Shown: positions 47,080 to 59,729 of the stretch, piece after piece
How positions within the stretch are numbered: the stretch's first letter is position 1
Layout: each line of letters starts with the position of its first letter
NCBI GenBank assembly: GCA_028534125.1
Contig: CM052831.1
Coordinates: forward strand, 682,001-746,000
Direction: 5' to 3'
Length of the DNA: 64,000 bases
From: Lama glama
Taxonomy: Eukaryota
Notes under the pieces: model-generated
What the model saw: the letters and a program-made list of their open reading frames with translations, nothing else
What the model was told of the DNA's origin: nothing
Databases searched by the model: none
Made by a program: the position numbers and the translations under genes

Positions 47080-47160
47080 AGAAATTCATCCATCCATTTG
47101 TTCACCAATTTGACAAACACTAGTAAGTCCGGCTTTGTGCTGGGCTTGGAGAAGGCTCAC
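47080..47160 (-). mobile_element. L2 3' tail
   Basis: 'ttcatccatccatttgttcacc...tttgtgctggg'. Confidence 0.5.
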
Positions 47161-47599
47161 AGTCTTGACTGGTGCCAAGCAGCCAACCAGCCAGGGGTTA
47201 AAAATGGGACTGGTAGGTCAAAGTCCAATGGCAGAACCCCCACCTGCACCCTGGAAGTGGGGGGTGCTCAGATGCTTCCTTATGTTTTGAGAGCCTGGCT
47301 CAGCTCTACAGCAAAACCTGAACCTTTCAGGTGGTGGACACAGGAACAACTCAGTACAAGTGAGTAAAGTTGGAGCTGTGTGCCCCCGGGGGCCAGGGCT
47401 CCGGGGATGGGGCTTCAAGCCTGAGCTGGGTCACAGACGGCAAGACAGCCACCTCTGCCTGGGGCAGGATCGGGTGTGCAATTCCTGAGCCTGGCGCCAG
47501 GCACCCGTGTCCCTCCATGAGCAAAGGTTATATAGGGGGTTTAAAAGTGAGTGCGTCAGAGCCATTTAGCTGTCCTTGCAAATGTGTCTCACATGGAAG

Positions 47600-48170
47600 T
47601 GTGCGTTTCATTGCATTCCCAACAGTGAGGAGCTTGCATTGTCTCACGCTGTGAGTCGACTGTGGTTTGCTGGACTAGTGAGGGAAGTAGTGGGTTAACT
47701 ATCATCAAGGTAAATCCGTAACTTTGCATGAACGCTTTCCTTGCACAAACACTTTAACAAATGCAGCTTTTTTCTAATAAACATTTTTAATCTCAATGTT
47801 ACAAGTCGACACTTTTTGAAACTATTATGACAAAATTTTCAGTATTACAGGAAAATAGATCTTCTTAGCAAACAGATGTAGGCAGAAGCTCAACTTTCTG
47901 AAGGCGAGACATAAAATGAGTATAGACTGAACTTAAATTTTATGGTAACTGGTATGCAGATATTCCCCAGCGCTCTCCTAATCCATGTAACAAGATGTAA
48001 TGGCTAGCTCATCGCTTGTCTTCTCAAAGCATCTGTGTCAACAGATTCCCATTTTTTCCGAGGTTCTTCATTAACTGCGAGGCAAAGCCCACAACTTCTG
48101 CTTCAGTTATGCTTTCCAGCCAAGGCTGAATTGAAGAATATGGGCTTACACATATCCTCTTACCCAAGTG
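47600..48170 (+). mobile_element. Possible ancient hAT (Blackjack-like) transposase relic
   Basis: AT-rich island. Frameshifted pieces FAGLVR / NP..LAQTL / ETIMTK-IF-QYY / EY / TR-WLA / FFINCEAKPT follow hAT core motif order. Confidence 0.35.
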
Positions 48171-48589
48171 GGAGCTGAACATCTATGCCCACTGGCGGTG
48201 GAAGCTCCCTGCACCAGCGGCTGCTGGAGCTCTCCGTGGTGCTGAGCACAGGCCTGGTTCCCGCCCACGCCCACCCTCCCTCTGGCCCTGATCTCACCTT
48301 TGAGCCCCTTTATACCTCAGACGCTGGCTTGATCATCATGGCTTTGACCCCAGTCTGGGCCTTTGCCCCTGGCCTGACCTCCTCTTGAAAGTGCCCTCAG
48401 TGTCTTTCACCCCTCTGGACCCCTGCACTCAGTGTCACACCCTGCCCACTCTTGTAGCCCGTCCCGAAGTTCACCAGAAGCCTTAGGGCTCCTCCAGAGC
48501 AGGTCCCCTGCAAGGGCCATTCTCTTCTTTTCTCAGGTCCCATCAGGAGGTGGGTTCATCCTCTCACAGCCTGGACCAGGGCTGAAGCC

Positions 48590-48760
48590 TGAGGTCAGTT
48601 CATCCTGAGTCTCATGTATAAATCTCATCTTTCCAAATACACCGAGTTCTTTGAAGGTGGGAGTCACATCCCTTCTCCTTGCCCCACCTTGCTGTGCTGG
48701 GCACAGAGCTGGGCACGCAGGGGCTCGCCTGTGTGGACTATGGGATGATTAATGACCGGG
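48590..48760 (+). mobile_element. L2 3' end
   Basis: 'gagttctttgaaggtgggag...ggcacagagctgggcacgcaggggctc...gatgattaatga'. Confidence 0.6.
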
Positions 48761-48976
48761 CGCCAGCGTGGGGCTGAGCAGGTGCTGCCTCCCTGCCTCT
48801 TTGTCCCTCCACCTTGCAGCGGACTCTGTCTGGGGCGAGGATCCCGTGCTGCCCGGGTGTGTGAATTAAGGAATAATAGAGCTGCAGAAGCGTAAGCCCT
48901 CGATGATGGGGAATGTGTTCGTCTGCTGAGAAGCAATTTCAGTGAAAATTAACTCCATTTCAACGGAAAGAGTGAG

Positions 48977-49140
48977 NNNNNNNNNNNNNNNNNNNNNNNN
49001 NNNNNNNNNNNNNNNNNNNNNNNNNNNNNNNNNNNNNNNNNNNNNNNNNNNNNNNNNNNNNNNNNNNNNNNNNNNNNNNNNNNNNNNNNNNNNNNNNNNN
49101 NNNNNNNNNNNNNNNNNNNNNNNNNNNNNNNNNNNNNNNN
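48977..49140. other. Assembly gap (164 N)
   Basis: Run of n. Confidence 1.
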
Positions 49141-50419
49141 CACAGCCCACTTCTAGCCCAAGCACACATGGTGCCGACCTCAAGGACGACTTTCTGTCAA
49201 GGGTACCAGGGCGTGGGTGTCCCGCACAGCCGTCTGGACTGCTGCCACTGGCTGGGTCCTTAAGGCCTGTTCTTGACCAGTGATGTCCTGTCTACACTGT
49301 CCACGCCAGCTTTGCCCTCCAGGCCTGCGTTCTTGGCTGTGGCGTCTTGGACCCCTCTGGCTTTGTCTTCATGACTGTGGACTGGCCACCCAGGTCCTGG
49401 GAAACCTGAACACTGAGCACGTCCTCTGTGACCGTCTTCCTGAGCACCCCTGTGCAGGACAGTTGTCCACCTTCCCTTTTGCACTGTGTCTTTGGCCAGC
49501 TGCGTTCTGGACAACTGTTGTAGTGAATAACTGGGGACAGCTGGTGTCCCCTCAGACAGCAAAGGTACATTCCCCGTGGGTGTTCTCGCTGTTCGACAGG
49601 GTGAGCAGGTCTCGTCGGCAGTGATGTGGAGGAAGGACCTGGGAGTGCGCCAGCCCCATCCTCCTCCCCCGACACGCCTGCACGAGGACTGTACCTGTAC
49701 AGTGTCTCGTGTGTGCTTGTGGAGGCAGTGGCCCTCGCCTTGGTGTCCAAGCCTGATTCTCTGTTAGACTGAACTTTGACTCTGGAGTACGGAATTGCTC
49801 CTGACACACCTGTCAGCCTCTTGAAGCCCCATCGCGGAGAGCCCTGCCTGCTTCTGTCCTGGCCACGTTGAGCAAAATGGGCAAGAGAGGAAAGTGGGGG
49901 AGGTGGGGCCGGAGAGGCGGCAGGGCTGGACCAGGCAGCTCTGGCCAGCGCCCTGAGCCGCAGGCTCTCAGTCCCCAGCCGTCAGAGAGCCGAGCCGCGG
50001 CAGGAGCTGCCTCTGCCAGGACGCCCTCCACGCCCAGAGTGCAGGGTGAGAAGGCCCAGCACCCTCTCCTCAGTGCGGGGCGAGTCTGAGGCCCGGTCCG
50101 GCCGCGGCACGGGGCCCTCCGCACTCCCCTGGCTGCGCGCCTCTGCTCCACTCAGCACGCAGCTCTGCGTCAGGGCCTGGATGCCTCTGCGCCTGGAGTG
50201 AAGCCGAGGCTGTGTCCCGGCTCGCTGCTTCTGGGTGTGTGTGCTGCGTCCCGCTCACAGGGCAGCTGCTCACGGGGCTGCCTGAGAACTGGTGCTTCTC
50301 CCCCGGGGGGATCTGTTTACAGGTGGATTCAGAGCAGGAAATGAGGGTCCCCGGGGAGAACGCCCTGCCTCCCCGAGTAGTGGCCTCCCCTCCACCACTG
50401 TCTTGGTGGAGAAAGTGTC

Positions 50420-50650
50420 GTTTTCAGTCAAAAGGAGCACAGATGTTCCAGTTACAAGGTAAATAAGTCCTGGGTCGCGGTGCCCGGCCCGGTGACTGTG
50501 GTTACCACGCTGTACGAGCTGCAGGGAAGCTGCTAAGGGAGACGACCCTAAGAGGCCTCGTCACGAGGGAAGAGTTCTTTCCTTTTCTTTTGCGTCTGCG
50601 TTGGGCGGCAAATGTACACTCAGCTCTGTGGTCGTCGGCGCACCGTGTCT
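50420..50650 (+). mobile_element. L1MA-type 3' UTR fragment
   Basis: 'ttccagttacaaggtaaataagtcctggg...ggtgactgtggtt'. Confidence 0.65.
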
Positions 50651-53600
50651 GAGTCAGACCCTCACGCGCACACCTGGGCTCACACGTGCTGCGCACCAGC
50701 CCCGTCTCAGGGGGGCTGGGGAGGGAGGGTCGCAGGCCTGGTTGGGCGAGCCTGCCGCCCTCCCGGCAGCCCCCACGCGCCGTTGTCCCTGGAGAGCTGG
50801 CCCGGTGTCCGGAATACATGAACAGCACATCACAGTACCGAGGAAAGATAGCAACCAAATCGGAAATGGCCAAAGGATATGAGTTCGCTGAGGAGGAGAC
50901 GGGCGGGCCAACGGCAGCAGAGGCTCGAAACCTCACCAGTGGTGGGGAGACGCACATCAAATCAACTTGAGACCGGCAAAACCGGTTGGATAAAGCGCTG
51001 TGCTGTTGAGCTGAGGGAAGTGAGTGACCCTGGGGCCTGAGAATCCAGTGTGCCTGGGGGCAGGGACTCCGCTTCTGGGCGGGGGCTTGGGGGAACGGCG
51101 TAAGCAGGCGCGTCCCAGGTGATGCACGCGGACCTTGGGAACAGCCGGGTGCCTGTCACCTGGCGAGCGGCTAAGATGTTCCCAGACCCTGCAGGGGAAC
51201 TGGCGCGGTCGCTGAAAACCTGGACCTGGATCTCCACAGGTCAGCATGGAGAGCGTTTTAACGACTGGCGGGGAGCCTGCGGGCTCCACAGGAGCAGCTC
51301 TTTCGGGGAGTGCATGAGGGTAAGAGGTTGGCCAAAGGGGGCTTTGGATTCATCTGGAACCTTTTCATTGTTGGAAGACAGCGTATGATGTGTTTCGTGT
51401 GTGATGAGCTTACGGTGTCTGGAGTGTGTCGTGGGGAAGGGGCACTCTTTCCCGTCCGTCCTGGTCCCAGGGGACGGCTCTGCCATCACCGCCGGGGATG
51501 GCCCCAGTCGTCTCCCATTTCCCTTCAGGGGCCTTCAGGCCACATCCTTCCAACCACCCTCAACCACCCTTCCAACAGAAAAGCCACGGCTTCCCGCAGT
51601 TTTCAGCCAACAGCCAGTGGGCTGTCTTCTGCCCCGTGGGTGGTCTCGCCCCTCAAACGCCGTCCCTCACCACCCCACCCCCAGCAGGCACAGGTCTCCG
51701 CGGGCTCGTGGAGTCTAGAACATACCCTCTGACGGCCTCTCTGGCCTCCACCCCCGTGGCCTCCTTGCAGCATTCCTGCCTCCTGTGTGGACAGGCTGGC
51801 GGGACCTGAAGGAGCTCCAGACGCCCGGGGAGGGGTGTCCTGGTGGGAGGGCGGGAGTCGAGAATTCCACAGGCCGCACATGAGGTCCTGGGCCCCGGCT
51901 GCCCGCCCCGCACTCACACGCGGGCCCTCCCCGCCGAAGGCCAAGGGACCTTCTGCAACGGCAGTCCTTGATGCAGTGGCCTTGGGCACCAGCACCCCGG
52001 CCGTGCCGTGCACCCCGTCACCACGCTGAGCCCCGGCCCTCCATCCAGGCAAGGGGGGGTGGACACCCAGTCCTGGAGGGCGGGCCTGCAGCGTCACTTG
52101 AACCCCCAACCAGCCCGGAGTTGCCGCTGCGGCTGTGGAGGGGGAGGCTGCAGAGAAGTCCGAGCTGTAGGGCCAGGGAGGGCGGCCACACTGTGGCTCC
52201 TCTAAAGTCTCCACACCAGGTTCCTGTCCTCCCGCCCCTGCCGTCCACCTCAGCTGGGCCGTCTGCCTGGGTTTTGAGCTCCAGCTCACCCCTCCTTTCC
52301 CACCCCAACTTCATCCCATTTCCTGAAGCATCTGGGATGGCTCTGGGCTCCCTTCCCTGCCACCCACCCCATCCCTCCCACTGCCTGCCCAGATCGGTCG
52401 CGGAATTTGGGTGGGAGTCTGAGTCCAGCCCAGTGAGTGAGCACCAAGAGCTGCCTCCGCCTTTCTGGGGATGAGATCGGGCCGCCACTCATAGTAAAGG
52501 CAAGTCAGATGTGAAAGAGGCCGGCGGGGTCCCTCTGGTCTGGCCAGGAGGATGCCAGGGTCTGGAAGCCCCCGCCCTTCCATCTCTGGCCCCCATCCAC
52601 CAGGAGCCCTGGGTGATGCCCACTGGGGTCTTGCAGACATGCCCCTGGCCTGGGCCGCCGTCCTGGGCGTGGGAGGCCTGGAGCCAGCCTGTGGGTCACA
52701 CCCCAGCGCTAGCTCTCTGCTGTGTGCCCTTTAGCAACTCCCTTTGCCTCTCTGAGCCTGACGGGACGACTCTGAGTGGAAAGTGCCCCCGTGAATATCT
52801 GCTTCCTCTGAATCTATAAACTTCCCTTCTACCGGGATGTTTTTTAACCAAGGCTCCGTGACTTCCAGAAGTTTGGGAATCCCTGGTGTAATCCCGTGCT
52901 TTCCTTTTATAAATCCTTGCCCTGCTTGCTGTTCAAAATGTGAATCACAGAAAGGAAAGGTGAGGAGAGAAATAGCCCAGAGGACAAAAAAATCTGCAGT
53001 GTTCAGGCCAACTGGAGGGTGACAGCTTTGCAGTGAAGCTGCGGGCTGTTAACTGCATTCTCTTCGCCCGCGGCCGTGTGCTCGTCCCTCTGCCCCGTTC
53101 GGGGTCGATGTGAAAGATGGGGAGCGGGATTAAGGAAGGCGGGCTCTGATTAGGCCATCAGACAGGCAGAAAGCATTGAGCCGGCTCCTGGCAGCTTGGC
53201 AGTAGGCACGGCTAATCGGCGCAGTGATGGTGTGTTCTCTGTCTCCATCTCTGCCTCCGGTGCCCGTCTCCCTCTTTCCTGGGCCCCCTCCACCCAACTG
53301 AACAAAGTGTGTGTAGCCCTTCAAAGGCGCGCTTGGGGCTCCCCGGAGGAATCCAGCTTGCAAGGAGTAACCAGCAGTGGTCCCTGGTGGCGGCCTGTGG
53401 GGTCGTGGTCACCTAATGCTTACTTCCTGCAGACCTACTGTGTGCTGTGACTCTTGCGGGTGGTGGGGGCAGAGTGGAGGGCAGACGGTCCCTGGGACCC
53501 AACAGGCAGTGGGCAAACGGGTAAACATTTCATGTCCAGGTGGGGTGAGACCAGGGGAAAAGGGGGCGAGGGGCTGTTTCTGAGGGAGCCGTGAGGCCCC

Positions 53601-56600
53601 CTCTATACTCAGCCAGCGGCACTCACTCGGCCGCTGCAGCGTGTGGGGCCCTGGGCTGGAGAGAGGGGAAGGGACCCCACCGTGCAGCCCCGCCAGACGT
53701 GTGGACTGGGTGCAGGCGCTGCCACAGACGCCGGAGAGGAAGGAGGGGTGCCCACAGGGCATCTCCTGGTGGAAACGGGCGGTGAGGGCAACACTGACGG
53801 GGTGGGGTGGGTGGGGAGAGGGGCGCCGGGGAGGAGGGGGAGCCCGTGCTGGGTTTGGACCCCGGGGCTGGGCGTGAGTGCGCTCACAGCCACGGACACA
53901 GAGCTCAGGTTCTGGCCCGGCCTTGGGGGTCACAGGCGTCTGGTGGTGTTCATTCTGTCACCCTGTGAGAAAGCCAGGACGGAGTCAGGCGATGATTGTG
54001 GACGAGCATCGTAAATCGACCAGATTTGTGCGCGAGTGTACCTGAGTGCGGCGTGTCTTTAAATCTTGTGGAAACACCTGTGTCAGGCACTTTTCCCCGA
54101 GAGGAGAAGGGGGTGACACGGTCGGTATGACGGGGGAAGACTGAGGACCCGCCCGTCCACCCCGTGGGCACTGGCTGGGCTGCTTCGAGGCTGCAGATGC
54201 CTTAGACTTCCTTATCCTGCCCAGAAGGAAGACCTAGGGCCCGGAACCTTCCGTCTTTCTCCTTGTCGTTCTTAGCACCTTTCCCGCAGGCCAGGGGTCC
54301 TCAGGAGCCCAAGACGGCTGCCAAGACCCCAGGCCTCACAGAGGCAGCCAGAGTGGGGTCACCTGGTCCTCCCTAAGTCAGTCACTGGCTCGGGAAATGG
54401 AGTTGCTGTGGCTTTCTCGGGCTTGCTGAGACCCACCCCTGCGCAGGGCTTCCCGGAGGAGAGCTGACACCCAGACAGGAGCACAACAGGGGTGGGAGGG
54501 GTGGCTTAGGGTGAGCAACCAGCCAGCCCGTGGCCAGGTTCACTCCATGCTGGTGAGGTCAGCCCTCCCAGGACCTTTGTCCAAGCACGCAAGCACCCTG
54601 GCTACCCCAGGCGTGAGGGAGGTGAGCACACAGTGGGATCTGGACAGGGTCCATATTTAGGACCGTAATGCTAACCGAGGAGTGGGTGAGGCAGAGCTGG
54701 GCGGCATTCCAGGACCTTAGCCAGCCCCTCAGATGCAGAGAGAGTGGACAATTCCCACCCCTCGGCCACGACAGCTGGCTGATGGAGACCCCATCATCGG
54801 CGCTCAGCTCCCTGTCACGGGTGCAGCTTGGGGGTCGCAGAAACCAACCGCCAGGTCTCCACTCCCGGCCGGGCTGTGGTACGGGGAGGAGCCTTGGGCC
54901 ACCTTGAGGGCCAGCTGCCGGGCTGGCGGGTCCTTGGGTGTGGTCCCCGGACACGCCCTGCTCTCCTGCCCCTGCGAGGACTCAGGTGCTGCCTGCAGTC
55001 ACCCACGTCCTTCCCGTGTCGGCCCCCCTACCAGGCCCCTTCACATTCCCTTCACTCTTATTTCAGATTTTCTCAAATATGTGTTTTCTTAAATATTAGT
55101 TAATTTTAGTTCACACCTCGATTTTCTTTTATTTTTCTATGTCCTTCACTTGCATTTACTGTATTTAGCGGAGAACTTCATACCACTTCATGCATGGAGA
55201 GGAGCCTCATCTTGTGCGATACGAGTACGAGAAAACACAGTGAAGTCAAAACAATGCTACCTAAGTCTACTGTGATGCTGCTGCCTGGCAGGACGTGCGG
55301 CCCGAGGCCTGCCCCTCTTCGCTAAATGGAGGGAGATTAGCAAGTATTACAAAGGTGTTAACACATCCTGGCGCCAGACCGAGGATTTCTCCTGGAAGTC
55401 ATTAGAAGACTTGAAAGATAATTTGTAGGGAAATCACTTCTCGCTGTGGAATCGGTGGTCCCGGGTGCGGGGCTCACGGCTCTCTCAACACGTCTCTTGA
55501 GCGCGGCCACACCGTGCGGGACACCAGCGGCACGTCAGGGCCTTGTCAGGGTCAGAGGGAGCTGAGGGCGGGGTAGGGCACGTGGCCCGTCTCCCGTCCG
55601 TCAGAGGGGTGGGGGGAGGCCCCGCCGGATGGGGGGAGGCCCCGCCCCCGCCCTGCCCCGTCACAGGTCTGCCGAGCGCCCTGACGCCGTCCGGCCTGGC
55701 ACTGGCCCTGCAGCTGTGTTGCAGCAGGTGCCGGTGTGGCCGCCAGCCAGGGCAGGCAGAGGACCAGCCAGAGGGGGTCTGAGCCATGTGCCCCACGCAG
55801 CTGGAGCCCTCGCTCGGGGCCGGGCAGCGGCTTCATCAGAGTGCCTGGGGGCACTGCTCTTGAAATGCTGACACTTCCTCCCCCTCGGGGCCGGTCTGTC
55901 CATGGCCATGCTGGGTGTCCCTGGGCACACAGGTCGGCCCCCGTGTCAGGTTCTGCAGGCGCCGATGATAAACGTGCGCCCAGGGGTCAGATCTGAGGGC
56001 TCACCCAGGCTTGGGTGTCCAGCCGTGCACAGGGGAGCCACACACTCTGGCCAGGCAGCCTGGGCCCTGTCCTCACCTGCAGGGCAGGGGGCAGAGAGGA
56101 GCGGGCAGGACCGTGGGGAAGGCAGCCCAGCGGGGGAGACCCAGCCATTCCCGCAGCCCCAGCGTCACACCTGCCCTACTGACTGGGGTGAGACCCAAGG
56201 ATCTCCGGGGAAGGGGTGCCACCCCACAGGGAGTCCAGGGACCACCGTCCGACACGAGTGGGACCAGGGACAGAGCGGGGAGGCGGGTGGGGAGGAAGCC
56301 AGGAGGAAGGGAGTCCCAGCTGGGATTCGAGGTGGGGCAGCAGTCAGGCCGAGGGAGGGTCTGGGAATTCAGTGGACAGACCCCCACTCTCCGTCCTTCC
56401 ACAGAGACTGGGCATCCAGGCACCTGTGCTGTTCCCTTCTGGGAATCTGGGCAGGTCTACCTCTTGTCTTGCGCGTGCGCACACACACATACACACAAAT
56501 GTGATACACGCGTGTTATCTTCAGTCTCCATGTGAAGGTTTCATTTCTCTGGGTCACAAAGAGGTGGGGAAACGTTGCTCCAAACCTTGGTCCTCACAGA

Positions 56601-57269
56601 AGCATGTGGAAGAGCAACGTGACCACTGGTAACCTGCACTCTAGGCCTGCCCTGGCCCTCGCGGGCCAGGGACCCCAGGCCAGCACCCTCTGACCCCACC
56701 CGGGAAACGGGGCAGAAGCCCACCGGCCCTCAAGCCCAGACGCTGAAGACTGTGAGTGGACCCACACCCCCTGAGCAAGGTTTCTAGACAGTCGAGTCCT
56801 GGAAGAGCACTGGACATCGAGACAGTTAACGTTCAGTCGCAGCCAACAGCCCGTCAGAGCCGCGGTCCGGGAAACCGGAGCTGGGCCTCCCGTTGCATCC
56901 ACTTAGCCAGCTGCTCCATCCCACGTGTTCGCCTCCCTTCCAGGGCTCAGCCGCCAACTGGAACACGACATGAAAAACACCATCTGGGCCCCGAGAACTT
57001 CGGTTCCCCGCCCAGACGTCTCCAGGCCGGGGGATGAATTTCCACTGTCTTCTGGTCCTCGTCCCACTGGCGAGGGGGCGAGGGTCTGGGCAGGCTCTGT
57101 CCACCACCCCCAGAAGGCCACATCAGCCCCCTCCCTCCGCTGGGCAGAGCTGTGCCCCCTCCCCAGGACCACGTGGATGGAGGGCCCCACGGGGGAAGCA
57201 GTGACCTCTGACCCCGACCAGTGCAGCTGAGGTTCCCCGGTTACAAGATGGGACAGGTGGATGCGACCA

Positions 57270-57725
57270 GGCCTCAATCCTTCACCTCCCTGAGCCCATG
57301 CCCTTTGCCACGTGGCTTCGTGGCTCTTCCCATTGAGATGTAGGGTCCATCTCCCCACCCTCCTGGGCTAGCCTGTGACTTGCTGTGGCCACAGGACAAG
57401 GTGGAAGAGACACTGCAGTTCTGAGCGGGGGCCCCAGTTTCCACTCCATCTTTTTAAGCCTGAGCTGCTACAAGAATAAGCTCAGGCGACCTGCTGGGAA
57501 CCCAGGAGAGAGGTCCTCGTCACACAGCCAATCCTGCAGCATGTGAGACCCCTGCCTGGGTCACCTGGGCTGCCCTCTGACCCCATGGCCCCACATGCAC
57601 AAATGACCCCCACTGAGATCAGCAGAACTGCCCAGCCAATTGGGGACTCATGGGAAATAATGTTTGTTGTTTAAAGTCACTGGGTTATGGTGTGATTTGT
57701 TACACAGCAAGAGCTAACTGATACA
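57270..57725 (+). mobile_element. MLT1G/H-like LTR
   Basis: 'catgccctttgccacgtggctt...gcctgtgacttgc...tgtttgttgtttaaagtcactggg...ttgttacacagcaagagctaactgataca'. Confidence 0.8.
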
Positions 57726-58149
57726 CAGGAGCATGCCTTCCTCCCCGACAGGGACTGAGAGAGGATGAAGGACTCTGGTAGGTTGTTCTAGTGATGTGTC
57801 CCCCCACCAGACAGTCTGGACGAAGCCCGAGACCTTGGGTGAGGCTGGGGTCTAGGCCCCTGTCCTGAGCCCAGGTGGCCGAGGCGAAGGGGGCTGGGTG
57901 ACTAGGCCCCACCCCTGCTCAGCCCTCCTCTCTTCCACCCCCTCACTTATCTCAGCTTCCCTCCTTCTGGGGGCCCCCTCGCTCCCGCACAGCCTGCTGG
58001 AGGAGCCTCAACGCCTTCCTGCTTAATTCTGCTGAGCAGCTTAGCTGTCTGTCTCCTGGCCAGCCAGGTACCACCAGGTGAGCTTTTACACAAAGGCTCA
58101 CTTCGGTGACCCACTAGCCCAGCTGTTGCTAAAGGACGTCACCAGCAGT

Positions 58150-59290
58150 GATTTTGGTGGTACACTGACAAGCATTTTACTTTTAGAAACTACATCTTTA
58201 CTTTGTATTTTTACCTTTTGGCCCCTTCACCCATTCCTCTCACCCTGCTCCTGTCTCTGGCAGCCACCAGTCTGTTCTCTGTGTCTGCAGGCTTGGTTTT
58301 CTTTTATATTCCACGTATACATGAGAGCACACGATACCTCTTTCTCCGTCTGACTTACTGCATTTGACATCACGTCCTCAAGATCCACCCACTGCTGTCG
58401 CAATGACAGGCCTCATTTTCATGGCTAAACGACATCCCCGTGGATACCCACACCGCCGTGTCTTCATCCGCTCACTTGTCGGCGGACTCCTGGTGCTTCC
58501 GTATCGCGGCTGCGGTGGACGTGGGGGAGCACGTGTGTGAGTGTGCCCGTTTCCTCTGGATAAATACGCAGAAGTGGACTTGCTGCATCACACGGTAGCT
58601 CCGCTTTTAGTGTCTTGAGGACCCTCCACACTGTTCTCCACAGCGGCTGCACCGATTTCGTTCGCCACCAGCAGTGCACGAGGTTTCCGTTTCCTCCACA
58701 TCCTCTCCAGCACCTGCTGCTGGCTGTCTTGTATCACAGCCGTGCTGACAGGTGTGCGGTGATGTCTCGTGTGGCTCTGATTTGCGTTTCCCTGATGAGC
58801 AGAGATGCTGAGCATCTTTTCATGGGCGTGTTGGCTGTCTGTGTGTTTTCTTTGGGAAACAATGTCTGTTGGGGTCCTCAGCCCAGCTTTCAATCAGCTT
58901 GGCTTTTTGCTGTGGAGCTGTGTGAGTTCTTGATGATTGTGGCCCTCCGCCCTCGTCAGGTTCATGATTTGCAGATGTGTTCTCGCGCTCAGCGGGTCCC
59001 TTTTCACGTTGTGGACGGCTGCCTCTGCGGTGTCTGGTGTCGTCCCACTGTTTCTGCGTTTGTTGCCTTCTCTGCTTCAGGAGTCAGATTCAAAAAACCA
59101 TCGGCAGGACCCGTGTCAGGGAGACGGCTGCCTGTGCGCCCTTCAAGGAGCCGTGGGGTAGGGGCCTTGCACTCAGGCCTGTGACCCACTTTGAGCTGGT
59201 TCTCGTCCTTCTGCACGTGGGGCACAGCTTTCCCGGCGCCATTCGTTGGAGAGACTGTCCCTTCCCTGATGGTTTCGTCTCCCCTTGAAA
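58150..59290 (-). mobile_element. L1MA-type 3' end
   Basis: 'ctctggcagccaccagtctgttctctg', 'ggaccctccacactgttctccacag', 'gatgctgagcatcttttcatg'. Confidence 0.85.
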
Positions 59291-59729
59291 CACTCCAGCG
59301 TGCTTCTTTTCAGCTGTATTTAACTAAAATGTCCTTGGCTCGAGCAATCCATGATGTAATGTTTCCACTTAAAGTAAAGTGCAGCCGGACAGAGGTGTCC
59401 AGACCCAACCGGCACCACTCCCTGAAGGTGACTCACGAGGGAGGCGACTGGGAGCAGCTGAGTCAGGCTGAAAGGGCGGAGGGCGGAGAGGGACGACGTC
59501 TGAAGGGCGGGGCTCGGGGGCGGAGGTGGGGGTCGGGTCGGGGCTGCGCGGGCCCGGGTGGGCGTGGCGGTGCGCATGGCCCAAGGCCGGTCCCAGCAGG
59601 CGCGGCAGGCGCATGGCTTTCCATGACCACGCCCTTGGTCTGTCTGTTTTAAGCTGAGGTCAGTGTACAGTGTTGTGTCAGTTTCTGTGTCAATGCCACA
59701 GCTGAATCCGTTTTTTAAAACCATCTTAC

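Noticed and set aside
48866-49283. ORFs containing X runs
   Set aside because: Artefacts of the N gap.
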